From: a virus
DNA: 42,066 bases
Reading direction: 5' to 3' (one strand)
UHGV virus genome: UHGV-0115695
The stretch's first letter is position 1, and the number at the start of each line of letters is the position of its first letter. A program made the position numbers and the translations under genes. Below are positions 31,366 to 40,634 of this stretch, piece by piece. The notes below the pieces were generated by a model. It was not told the origin of the DNA, ran no database searches, and saw only the letters and a program-made list of their open reading frames with translations.

Positions 31366-32541
31366 ATGCTGCTATCTGACATCCAAATAAAAAGAGCAAA
31401 ACCGAAGGACAAACCCTATACGCTTAACGATGGTATGGGGCTATCACTCCTGATCGACACAGCGGGCAGTAAAGGCTGGCGTTTTCGCTATCGCTTTGCA
31501 GGTAAGCCTAAGATGATTTCCTTTGGCGTATATGGCGATGTGTCGTTGGCACAGGCACGTACCAAACGTGATGAAGCGCGTTCGATGTTAGCCAAAGGGA
31601 TAAACCCAAGTGAAGCCAGAAAAGCAGATAAGATTGCTTTGCAGTTCGCGCATGAGAACAGCTTTGAGTCTGTGGCCAGAGAATGGCACTCATCGAAAAA
31701 AGCCACCTGGTCAGAGGGTTATGCAAAAGAGGTTCTCAATTGTATGGAAAAGGATATTTTTCCTTTTATCGGCCAGCGCCCAATTGAGCAGATTGAACCA
31801 TTAGAACTGCTAACCGTCCTGCAAAAAATAGAGAAAAGAGGTGCGCTAGAGCAAACCAGTAAGATCCGCCGCCGCTGTGGTGAAGTGCTTCGTTATGCTG
31901 TTGCCACTGGTAGAGCAAAGTATAATTTTGCACCCGATTTAGCTATCGCACTCAACAAACCTAAAACCCAACACTTCCCGTTCCTGACTGAAAGCGAGTT
32001 GCCCGAGTTCGTTAATGCTCTGGATAACTATCAGGGCAGTTTAGTTACCAAATACGCCACGCAGCTGTTGATGCTAACAGGCGTGCGAACAATTGAACTA
32101 CGTGCAGCGGAATGGGCTGAGTTTGATTTAGATAATGCCTTATGGGAGATCCCCAAAGAACGGATGAAGAAACGCCGCCCCCATCTGGTTCCGTTATCAA
32201 CTCAGGCGATCAATATCCTGAAAAAGCTGCAAGAAATAACAGGGAATTACAGCCTCGTTTTCCCTGGCCGAAATGACGTCAGGAAACCAATGAGCGAAGC
32301 CAGCATCAACAAAGTGATAAAACTACTGGGTTATCACGGTCGGTTAACGGGTCACGGTTTCAGGCATACCATGAGCACCATCTTGCATGAGCATGGGTTT
32401 GAAAGTGCCTGGATTGAAATGCAGCTTGCGCATGTTGATAAGAACTCTATTCGAGGTACTTACAATCATGCGCAATATATTAAAGATCGACAAGTAATGA
32501 TGGAATGGTACGCTAGCTTATTAAATACGACCTGCTATTAA
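31366..32541 (+). CDS. int: Tyrosine integrase, P4-family (arm-type N-terminal DNA-binding domain)
   Basis: N-terminus IKRAKPKDKPYTLNDGMGLSLLIDTAGSKGWRFRYRFAGKPK typical of P4/CP4-57-type integrases; C-terminal catalytic region with R...HGFRHT...Y; ATG at 31366 preferred over the upstream TTG. Confidence 0.9.
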   Translation: MLLSDIQIKRAKPKDKPYTLNDGMGLSLLIDTAGSKGWRFRYRFAGKPKMISFGVYGDVSLAQARTKRDEARSMLAKGINPSEARKADKIALQFAHENSFESVAREWHSSKKATWSEGYAKEVLNCMEKDIFPFIGQRPIEQIEPLELLTVLQKIEKRGALEQTSKIRRRCGEVLRYAVATGRAKYNFAPDLAIALNKPKTQHFPFLTESELPEFVNALDNYQGSLVTKYATQLLMLTGVRTIELRAAEWAEFDLDNALWEIPKERMKKRRPHLVPLSTQAINILKKLQEITGNYSLVFPGRNDVRKPMSEASINKVIKLLGYHGRLTGHGFRHTMSTILHEHGFESAWIEMQLAHVDKNSIRGTYNHAQYIKDRQVMMEWYASLLNTTCY

Positions 32542-33471
32542 ATCCAGCATGAAACAAATATGGTGAGTAATTTGATACTGTTTGTTTTTTGGCAACCCAG
32601 GGAAATGCCTTACAGTTGGTTGACTATTGTAATAATAATAGTTAAGACCAATGTTGCTGCCAAACTGGGTTGGATGTTGGGGAACAAGATTTGTAATTTG
32701 ATCTGAAACATCTAAAAATTTTGCAGTAACATTTGAACTTCCTCGTTGCGTGTTGCTTGATACAAAATGACGAATCCAAACTGTATTCGCTTGTAAATTC
32801 TTGAACACCAAATGTGCGGCAACAGCAGAAGGTTGACCACCTCCAAGATCTAGTACCTGGCCAGTAATTGTATAATCGCCAAATCCTAAGTAATTTTGTC
32901 CCACGAATTGATGTGCGTGCGTGAAAAGTTCCGGCCCATTATAATCAGCATTTTTTGCTAACTTTCTAAAGTTATCGCTAATAATAATTAACTTCGACAA
33001 AGGAAGAAGAGCGCACTGATTAGGAAGCATTTTATTATTTAAAACAACATGATAACTAATCAATTGATTTGTCGCCAACAACTGAATATCAGAGTTGGAT
33101 AATGATGGATTATCATATAGAAGTGCAACTCGTCTATTTAAGTTAGCATTCAACCAATTATTAATATCATTAATCGTTGTATTGGGCTGAATAAGATATC
33201 CAGAGATGATATTGTTTTTATTTGTTAATACACTTGATAAATTTTGATTTAAAGTTAAGACGTTATTGTGTGAAGAAAAATCTTCCTGATAAGGATTAAG
33301 GATAACAATTATGTCAGAATTCCAAACATTTAAACATGTTAATAAATTTCTCGTATTGACGTTAATTGGTTCTAAAATTGGTAGCAGACCATTTAGGCTA
33401 ACTCCCTTCGCAACGAGGTCCCTAAGGCATAATAACTCTGTACTTCTCGCATACAAATATGGGCTATACAT
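32521..33471 (-). CDS. Unknown protein B of low-GC two-gene cassette (316 aa)
   Basis: Long uninterrupted ORF, AT-rich codon usage distinct from flanks, 22 nt downstream of protein A; only weak motif VLDLGGGQ; no family recognised. Confidence 0.75.
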   Translation of the reverse strand: MYSPYLYARSTELLCLRDLVAKGVSLNGLLPILEPINVNTRNLLTCLNVWNSDIIVILNPYQEDFSSHNNVLTLNQNLSSVLTNKNNIISGYLIQPNTTINDINNWLNANLNRRVALLYDNPSLSNSDIQLLATNQLISYHVVLNNKMLPNQCALLPLSKLIIISDNFRKLAKNADYNGPELFTHAHQFVGQNYLGFGDYTITGQVLDLGGGQPSAVAAHLVFKNLQANTVWIRHFVSSNTQRGSSNVTAKFLDVSDQITNLVPQHPTQFGSNIGLNYYYYNSQPTVRHFPGLPKNKQYQITHHICFMLDLIAGRI

Positions 33472-33492
33472 AACTTACAACTCCTGAGGATA

Positions 33493-34374
33493 TCAACAAA
33501 TTTTAATTTTTACATCCATCAAATTCATGATGAATTCTTTTTGCTTTCTTGATAATGGTGTTGCATAACCTAAAACACGTAAACATGCTGGAAGAGAATA
33601 AATATAATCCAAAAAAACTTTGTCGTTACATCTTTTTTTCATAGCAGAGATAAAGTATTTATTTGCTATGTTTAATGGCATCTGCATGAATATCTCTTTA
33701 CAATATTCATAAACCAATCCATTAGGCATATTTATTTTAGTTGAAGTGTAATCTTCTATTATAGCTAAGAACTCTTCCTTTCTAAGAACTGAAAACAAGC
33801 TGTCACTTTTAATATAATCAATATTTGAATCTGCCTCCTTAATGACACTCAATTGATCTTTTTTATTCAAAACCATAACTCCCACTCTGGGGAGATTTAA
33901 AGCACAATATTTACTTGCATACTCTGGATGTGTAACTATATACACTTTATCAAAAACATCCAAATAATCAGGGGCTTGAGTAATCAACCTTTTTGGTGAA
34001 TCATACTCTGTCTTAATCTCGTAAGCTGTAGACGTACCATTAAACACCGCAACATCCACTATAGAGTTTTTAATTGGTAACTCTATGGACGACGAACTTG
34101 TTTTTGGGCTGTGCTTACCGAATATTATTTTATTGACAAGTGCTGTCTTATAAACATATTCATTTCTATAATTCAGACGCAAAAAATCATATAATGATGT
34201 AAATAAATCCCTTAGTGAAATCTCATGTTCATTATTATCATTGTTTGAAAACAGTGTTTCATAGCAGTAAGAATCAAAACTCCCAAATAAATCCGAAATA
34301 TCCTTACCTTTTGCTAAGGATGAAAAAATGGGGCGACGGAAAAATTTAGCATATTCCTTTTTATTATGACTCAT
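33493..34374 (-). CDS. Unknown protein A of low-GC two-gene cassette (293 aa), possible PD-(D/E)xK-like nuclease
   Basis: Long ORF, AT-rich; segment SIVDVAVFNGTSTAYEIKTE has the D...ExK spacing of restriction-endonuclease-fold catalytic cores (inference only). Confidence 0.75.
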   Translation of the reverse strand: MSHNKKEYAKFFRRPIFSSLAKGKDISDLFGSFDSYCYETLFSNNDNNEHEISLRDLFTSLYDFLRLNYRNEYVYKTALVNKIIFGKHSPKTSSSSIELPIKNSIVDVAVFNGTSTAYEIKTEYDSPKRLITQAPDYLDVFDKVYIVTHPEYASKYCALNLPRVGVMVLNKKDQLSVIKEADSNIDYIKSDSLFSVLRKEEFLAIIEDYTSTKINMPNGLVYEYCKEIFMQMPLNIANKYFISAMKKRCNDKVFLDYIYSLPACLRVLGYATPLSRKQKEFIMNLMDVKIKIC

Positions 34375-35054
34375 TACTCATACTCTATAAACATCATGCA
34401 ATTTGATAAGTTATGACGAATTCTCACCATCCAGTTACTACCTGTACATACTAATCAAAAAAAACGAGTACGCAAGATACGAAAGTACTTTTCTTGTTCA
34501 CCAGTTAGCTTACCTTGATCCTCACCAGCGACTGGAAGATAGGTAGCAGTATATGTGGAAACCTTCCCCTAGCTAGGTCTACAAACGTAGTTTGGGCATT
34601 TAGGCTCCACGATTCACGGTTTGACACGGCCTGATATCTGCACATTCGTTTTGATATGCAGCAATCGTGAAAAAGGGAAAATATACGCTCGACAGACCAA
34701 AACGGCACTACACCGCACCCGCCTGCGGTTTTCATATCACTAAAAATTTTCAGCCTGGATTTTTTACAAACGATACCGCCAGTCCGTGCCAGTCCTCGAG
34801 ATGTACTGCGATACAGGAACTGAAAAGAATGAAAAGAAATTCATTTTTTTTCAGTTTTACTGTCCGTCGAATCTATGGCCTGAATACGCAACTCTATGAT
34901 ATTAAATGGATAATTAATTTTAGGTGTGTGATTTTATGAAGGTTTGTGAAACATGAAGAAGATAACCAGTTGAAAAATAATAATTTTATGACCGTATAAA
35001 CTGAAATCCTGTGTTCAGGTTCCGGGAACAGATCGGCCATTCCCGACGCATACT

Positions 35055-35327
35055 TTACCCATTCTTTTGCGCAGCCAGCAGCAACTTTAAAGCCTTTTCC
35101 CGTTCCTCGGGTGGAATTGCATCAATCAGCTCTTTAACCCTTCCCTGCCCGTTCAGCGCGCTTGGACTAACGGAATGGGAGAAAGCAACATTCATCACAA
35201 ACGAGTGACCGCACTCCACATTAGAGCAATAGCAGTACACATCGTACAGTTGTGGGTGTTTCCTGTTTGTTTTACCTATCCGTGCTACTGCCTGACATGT
35301 GGGGCAGTACATTCTCATCATCTTCAT
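35055..35327 (-). CDS. ogr: Ogr/Delta-family zinc-finger late transcription activator
   Basis: 90 aa; CPTCQ...CYCSNVECGHSF zinc-finger arrangement typical of P2 Ogr / P4 Delta. Confidence 0.8.
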   Translation of the reverse strand: MKMMRMYCPTCQAVARIGKTNRKHPQLYDVYCYCSNVECGHSFVMNVAFSHSVSPSALNGQGRVKELIDAIPPEEREKALKLLLAAQKNG

Positions 35328-35392
35328 CGTTCTGTGCCCTATACTGTTGCCCGCCAGAAGAAGGGATTTGGATCCCTACCTCTTGTTCTGAA

Positions 35393-35585
35393 CGTGTAAC
35401 ACTGGTAACACGTGTAACGCTATTGATTTAAAAGGATTTAATCTGTTACCAGTTAGCAAAATCAAGAGGTAACGCGTGGTAACACACCATTTTTTGTTAC
35501 CTCTGTTACCAGTCAGTATTTTTGACTGGTAACACTGAAGAACCGCATCAGTAACGGGTGTTACCTCTGTTACCAGTGTTACCTC
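35393..35585. repeat. Iteron array (about 12 GTTACC/GGTAAC cores in both orientations), putative satellite replication origin
   Basis: Repeated TGTTACC and its complement read directly in the sequence, immediately 3' of the primase gene; resembles P4 TGTTCACC iterons bound by alpha. Confidence 0.7.
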
Positions 35586-35609
35586 ATAAAAATAAGACTC
35601 ACGCGATAA

Positions 35610-38297
35610 TCACTCAGGTTCAGCGCTTCCCAGTACCTGTGTATTGAACTGGTACACACGTTTAAGCCCTATTTCTGGCAGGCGAATGCTGTTTTGCGTC
35701 CGGCCATCTTCACCGGGTTTCAGCCAGCCCGCGTCCACACACAACCTGGCCACCTTACGCGAGTCAAATCCCTTACAGATCTCCTTCCAGCCTGACGGGA
35801 GAACGTAGAACGTCACAACCGGCTCTGTCACGTTGTCTCCTTTATCGACTTTTCTGAATCCCATCATTGAAACAGGCCGGTTCCTGTCGTCATTCCAGTC
35901 AGCAAACCGACTGAACTGATTACGCGTCATGAAGTCCCGAACCTGTTCAAGTGCCGCTTTATCTTCCTGATTAGCTGTATGGCCCCGGTCAGCCATCCAT
36001 GCAGCCAGACAGCTTTGAGCGGCACGAAAGGCCTCTCCCTCCGGCCATCCTGTGATGCCCGCTTTTGTGGCCAGCTCCCCGGCCATCGCAACCAGAGCAA
36101 AACGGGTAACAGCCCGGCCAACCTGATTCCCGGCATTTTCCGGCGTCAGCCTTCGGGTATACTCTTTCAATAAGGCTTTCGCCTGACTGGTCAGTTCCGG
36201 CAGATCAGCGGTCAGGCAATACAGCCAGTCGCGGAATGGTGCACCATGATAATGCGCTACGTGCTGCTCAAGATGCTCAGCCAGGGTTTTCCCGCTACTG
36301 AAGCCATGAAGTTCTTCAAACACGCCATACTTGCCCGAATCGCTTGGGATCTGGATCATTCTGACCTCAACCCCGGCATACGTACGTTCCCCGGCGCTTG
36401 CCGCATGCTCTACCAGTGACAGTTCCCCGGTAGACAGAAACAACAGATTCCAGCGGTTGGTTTCCCTTACCGAACCATCTGTTCTGGCTCTGGCTTTGCC
36501 CTGCCCGTTAGCCAGCATATAAGCGATATTCCCCGCCTCCCTGCCGTCAACCTCCCGGATTTCATCCAGCATCAGCGTGGCATCATTGCGGCGGCTCGCC
36601 GTTCCTTCTAAGGCATTCCCCGTCGCCCGCCACGTATGCCAGAAATCTGTTCCACCACATACTGATGCAGCCACTTTCATCGTCGTGGTTTTACCGTCTG
36701 TGGATTCCCCTTTGAGGTGATAACCTCCACCGCCGATACCAACCAGTTTCAGAAGGGGGGCAGCAAATGCCAGACTCACCGCAAAGGCAAGACGGGCATT
36801 CTTTATGCAATAACGGCCTATATTTTCACGCCAGCCCTCTGATGTGCCGCTGACACGAAAATCACGCCCCTGCACACTCGATGTTTGTAAGATGACTGAC
36901 TGGGCTTCGCGCCCTATCACTTCATCCTGGAGAACGTAAACCCCGCCGTGCCAGCCAGTTTTATTCACACAGGTTACTTTTCTGTCCGGTTTACACAGCG
37001 AGATATATTCCATCAGGAATGCTCTGGCCATGCCATTAATGTTGATGTAAGAAAGCCCGTTAACCAGCAGAACGCGGCGCAGTTCTTCCCCGCTACCGCC
37101 CAGCATCTCCATCGGCATTGCCCATTTACGGCTGTTTCCGTTGGTATCTTCCCATTCCAGCAAACGCCCGTAATTACTTCCATCAGCATCACTGGTGATT
37201 GCCGTCACCCGCAACGGACTGCAAATTTTGATATTACGTATCTCTGTATCACCATCAGACTTATTAACCAGCTTGTCGTACCACAAATATTCTTTTGTCA
37301 GCCGGAACCCTTCTGGTAAACGGGTCTGCCCTTTGCCATGCAGCGTCATTTCTTCACGAAAGGCATCTCTCGCCCGTTCTTTCCCCACTTCCTGCCGATA
37401 ATCATCCCAGTCAGCCTTATGGCGTACCGGAGGGAGCGTTACCCAGCCATCCACCGCTTTGGCGGCTTTCTCTGCCTGAATACGCCCGGTGTTTTCTTTG
37501 CCGTCAGCCAGATCATTATCTCCGGCCAGAATGATCCGAGTTTCCGGCCAGCGTTTTCGGATCTGCTCCGTCACCTTCAGTAAATTGGTGGCAGCGACAG
37601 CCGCCACGATCCATCCTTCAGTCAGCAGACTGACGGTAAGCGCCGTGGCAAAACCCTCAGTGATAATCACCTGTTCAGGTGTTTCAGCGGGTATATCGGT
37701 CAGGGCAATGAATGCGCCAGACAGCTGGCTACCGGGCAGCAGACTTTTATCCCCGTCAGGATTGATAAGCTGGCCACCAGTAATATTCCCGGAAATATCC
37801 GTCAAAGGCAGCAGTAATGAACCGGTGGAAAATGTTATTCCGGCCAGATTCAAAGGCTGTGACAGCAAGGGAAGTGAATACCCGTGTAAGCCCTTATTTG
37901 TCAGATAGACCGGCTCACCATTGCAGGACTGCTGTCTGAGTCTGGTATATCGCTCCGCGCCCGCTTCTTTTCCTGCGGCCTTTTTCCTGGCTGGCAATGC
38001 GGGCTTCTCCTGTATTTCTGGTAATGCAAGCGCCTCAGATACCATCCCGGCGACTTCTTTTATCTTTCTTCCTGTCACCAGACGAACCAGATCAAGACCA
38101 TCGCCATGACCGCACTGATTACAAAACCACGTCCCTCGCCCCGCTTTATCGTCCAGTCGAAAACGATCTTTTCCACCACAGGCAGGGCAAGCCCCATGAT
38201 GTCCTGCGGACGGTACTTTAATACCTAATGCTGACAGGATATAAGGCCAGCGCCCAATTGCAGCTCCGGAAATCGTGGATACAGACGGTGTTTTCAC
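35610..38297 (-). CDS. Primase-helicase, P4 alpha family
   Basis: 895 aa; N-terminal zinc ribbon CPACGGKDRF...CNQCGHG, Toprim-like ITEGFATALTV, C-terminal helicase with Walker A GESTDGKTT. Confidence 0.9.
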   Translation of the reverse strand: MKTPSVSTISGAAIGRWPYILSALGIKVPSAGHHGACPACGGKDRFRLDDKAGRGTWFCNQCGHGDGLDLVRLVTGRKIKEVAGMVSEALALPEIQEKPALPARKKAAGKEAGAERYTRLRQQSCNGEPVYLTNKGLHGYSLPLLSQPLNLAGITFSTGSLLLPLTDISGNITGGQLINPDGDKSLLPGSQLSGAFIALTDIPAETPEQVIITEGFATALTVSLLTEGWIVAAVAATNLLKVTEQIRKRWPETRIILAGDNDLADGKENTGRIQAEKAAKAVDGWVTLPPVRHKADWDDYRQEVGKERARDAFREEMTLHGKGQTRLPEGFRLTKEYLWYDKLVNKSDGDTEIRNIKICSPLRVTAITSDADGSNYGRLLEWEDTNGNSRKWAMPMEMLGGSGEELRRVLLVNGLSYININGMARAFLMEYISLCKPDRKVTCVNKTGWHGGVYVLQDEVIGREAQSVILQTSSVQGRDFRVSGTSEGWRENIGRYCIKNARLAFAVSLAFAAPLLKLVGIGGGGYHLKGESTDGKTTTMKVAASVCGGTDFWHTWRATGNALEGTASRRNDATLMLDEIREVDGREAGNIAYMLANGQGKARARTDGSVRETNRWNLLFLSTGELSLVEHAASAGERTYAGVEVRMIQIPSDSGKYGVFEELHGFSSGKTLAEHLEQHVAHYHGAPFRDWLYCLTADLPELTSQAKALLKEYTRRLTPENAGNQVGRAVTRFALVAMAGELATKAGITGWPEGEAFRAAQSCLAAWMADRGHTANQEDKAALEQVRDFMTRNQFSRFADWNDDRNRPVSMMGFRKVDKGDNVTEPVVTFYVLPSGWKEICKGFDSRKVARLCVDAGWLKPGEDGRTQNSIRLPEIGLKRVYQFNTQVLGSAEPE

Positions 38298-38704
38298 AGC
38301 AGCACCTCCTGACCTTCCGGCTTCACAAATTCAAAACCTTCGGGTAGTTCGCCATCAGGTGCTCCGAAAATAATATCCCGGTAAACCTCACGCATCTCTG
38401 TGACACCAAAAACTGACAGGCGAATATTTTCTGACATAAAGCCTGGTTTAAGCATTTTTTCCAGTTTCTCTGCGGCCAGTATGCAACCAGCATCAGCCCC
38501 AAACTCATTCACCCACGGCATTTCAATATGGTAAATAATATTACTCACCACTTTTTCGTGGGAGAGTTCTATTCGTTCGCCATCTTCAATATAAACAGGT
38601 TCATTATGAACACGCACCATTAAGGAAATGAATGCATCAGCAATGTAGTAGCGTAAGACTGCTGTTCGTAAAGCATGCGCCTTTAAATTTTGATTATTAT
38701 TCAT
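38294..38704 (-). CDS. Hypothetical satellite protein
   Basis: 136 aa; stop overlaps primase start (ATGA); no family recognised. Confidence 0.5.
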   Translation of the reverse strand: MNNNQNLKAHALRTAVLRYYIADAFISLMVRVHNEPVYIEDGERIELSHEKVVSNIIYHIEMPWVNEFGADAGCILAAEKLEKMLKPGFMSENIRLSVFGVTEMREVYRDIIFGAPDGELPEGFEFVKPEGQEVLL

Positions 38705-38933
38705 CGCGCATCACTCCCTTAATTGTGCTGGTTTCCTTAACAACGCCATCCAGTTGTTCGGCAATACAGGCCACTAAAGCCGCAGCGCCTTCCGCTGAAA
38801 CAGTTCTCGCTCCATTCACTGTGGGCACGGACAAGACCTCTGCAAGAAACTCACTGGCCAGTGCCGCCCGTAACAGACGACTCTCCCCCTGTTCACTCAA
38901 TATGCAGCCTTGCTTAAAATTCATGGATTTCAT
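38697..38933 (-). CDS. Hypothetical satellite protein
   Basis: 78 aa; overlapping coupled ORF upstream of the 136-aa gene. Confidence 0.45.
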   Translation of the reverse strand: MKSMNFKQGCILSEQGESRLLRAALASEFLAEVLSVPTVNGARTVSAEGAAALVACIAEQLDGVVKETSTIKGVMRDE

Positions 38934-39133
38934 GCAACCACCTCCCCGGCTCTTTTCACAGGGATACGGGCAGCAAAGCTCAGGATAAATTCAGTGGCAA
39001 GTTTAAGGCGTGCAGCATGCTCGCATTCTGCGATTACACGCACAGGGCGTGGACGGGCATCACGGTCTGTACGGCGGACAGCCAGAAAGACAAAGGTAAA
39101 TTCAGGGTGAGATAAAGCAGGGACTGTAGCCAT
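38930..39133 (-). CDS. Hypothetical small basic protein (internal start of the 196-aa track ORF)
   Basis: 67 aa from MATVPALSHPEF...; GAAGGAGG RBS 8 nt upstream; the long N-terminal extension crosses an apparent promoter region and is rejected. Confidence 0.45.
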   Translation of the reverse strand: MATVPALSHPEFTFVFLAVRRTDRDARPRPVRVIAECEHAARLKLATEFILSFAARIPVKRAGEVVA

Positions 39134-39607
39134 AATGGCAACCTCCTTCAGATAGCGGGTAACGCTACCACCGGAGTTCCTACGCTCATGGGTGGTAGCC
39201 CAGACGGGGGTAGGAATACCGGCTCTGAAGGATACCGGCCAGCCCGAAAGCTGCCCCGCCTGGACTACCATAATTCTGATGATGTGGCGTAAAAAATAAA
39301 AAAATACAATCAGCCACCACACCATAAATTTTAGGTGAGTCAAAGCTGCGACACAAAAAAACACGCCTGGCGCGTGTAGTATCGCCTTCAGATAACACGG
39401 GTTCCTACGCCCGGCTGCCGATTTTGCGGCAACCTTTAAACTATATCCCGCGCATTCCTGGTGAGGCAAGAAATTTATAACCGAAAACTGATCATTGCCT
39501 GGATTAATTAACGCTGGCATGCTTAAGCCTCTGCTTAAAAATAGTTCTTCATTTTTCCTGATGCTGTAAACGAGACCCGCCTCTGAGCGGGTCTTTCTGT
39601 CGCTAAG

Positions 39608-40612
39608 TCAATCCGCAAACGTCAGGGCGCTCTCATCGACAGCCGCGTACAGTTCAGGTTCACCGAGTGCATAACCTTCATTGCGCAGGTAGGAATGCAC
39701 GTATTCACTGCTTTCATCATCAAACTCAGCACGAAACCAGCGTGTTATCGCCTGAGTGTAAATATGCAGATTATCCAGCGTCGTTACTGCCAGACGCTTA
39801 CCCGGCATAAACGGGGGAATAAACGCAAAGCGGCCAGCAACAGAACTTGTAGCCATCTGTGCCGCATTCACATCAGACGGGCGGTCTGCGGCATTAAATA
39901 ACTTCAGGCGTTGATGTGCTGCCAGCTCTGCCCCAACCAGTACAACCAGACGAGGATCTTCACGAAACTGCTCAGCAATAAGCTCTGTAATCAGATGGTT
40001 GGCCAGAGCATCAATATTTTTCCAGGTGCCAGTCTCTCCCAGAGTGACAGGCTCAGAGATGATTTGCTTTCCGTTCCCGTAGGCTTTCGCCAGTGCATGC
40101 CAGCCAATATTGACATCCTCGCCTTTTTTATTGATTTCCGGGTTTGTAGTATTTGCAATCGACACACCATTGAAACCGACCCGCAGCATGTCCAGCGCAT
40201 ATGCCTGGGCAAAAAAGCTCTCAACCGTTTTCTCAAACTCATCCGGCACGCCGGTATGGTAAATATGAGACATATCGGAATAGCTGATCCGGGCGCAGGT
40301 ATCCGTCTCTGTCAGAAAGAACTCCGTACCATTGATTGCCATTTTTTTGTGGAAACGGCCACCATCCACACGTCCGGTATACAGTTCACTGGCACCAATA
40401 TTGACGGCATTACCTGACACGGCGTTAACATCACGTAGGGTAATATTTTTAATAAGCCACCCGGATTCCAGAATTGAGGTACGCAGTATATTTTCAGTAG
40501 GTTCGCTTAATGCAAAGCGTCTGTTTGATTCTTCCTGATAGTTAGTGCCAGTGACGAATTTATTATGATAACGACGTGCTGCGTCCGGCCTTTCAGTTTT
40601 GAAGGCATACAT
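39608..40612 (-). CDS. Putative major capsid protein, P2 gpN-like (recalled similarity; unverified)
   Basis: 334 aa; segments GFNGV...GW, DALANHLITELIAEQFREDPRLVVLVGAELAA and TTLDNLHIY resemble what I recall of P2 gpN. Confidence 0.5.
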   Translation of the reverse strand: MYAFKTERPDAARRYHNKFVTGTNYQEESNRRFALSEPTENILRTSILESGWLIKNITLRDVNAVSGNAVNIGASELYTGRVDGGRFHKKMAINGTEFFLTETDTCARISYSDMSHIYHTGVPDEFEKTVESFFAQAYALDMLRVGFNGVSIANTTNPEINKKGEDVNIGWHALAKAYGNGKQIISEPVTLGETGTWKNIDALANHLITELIAEQFREDPRLVVLVGAELAAHQRLKLFNAADRPSDVNAAQMATSSVAGRFAFIPPFMPGKRLAVTTLDNLHIYTQAITRWFRAEFDDESSEYVHSYLRNEGYALGEPELYAAVDESALTFAD

Positions 40613-40634
40613 AGTTTTTCACCTTTTTAAGTAT

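Noticed and set aside
36948-37908. Several plus-strand ORFs of 68-139 aa
   Set aside because: All lie antisense within the 895-aa primase-helicase gene and are Pro/Ser/Arg-rich shadow frames.
38930-39520. 196-aa minus-strand ORF
   Set aside because: The N-terminal 129 residues cross an AT-rich apparent promoter region between the capsid gene and the small-gene operon. A strong RBS marks the internal start at 39133.
39911-40417. 168-aa plus-strand ORF
   Set aside because: Antisense shadow frame within the gpN-like capsid gene.
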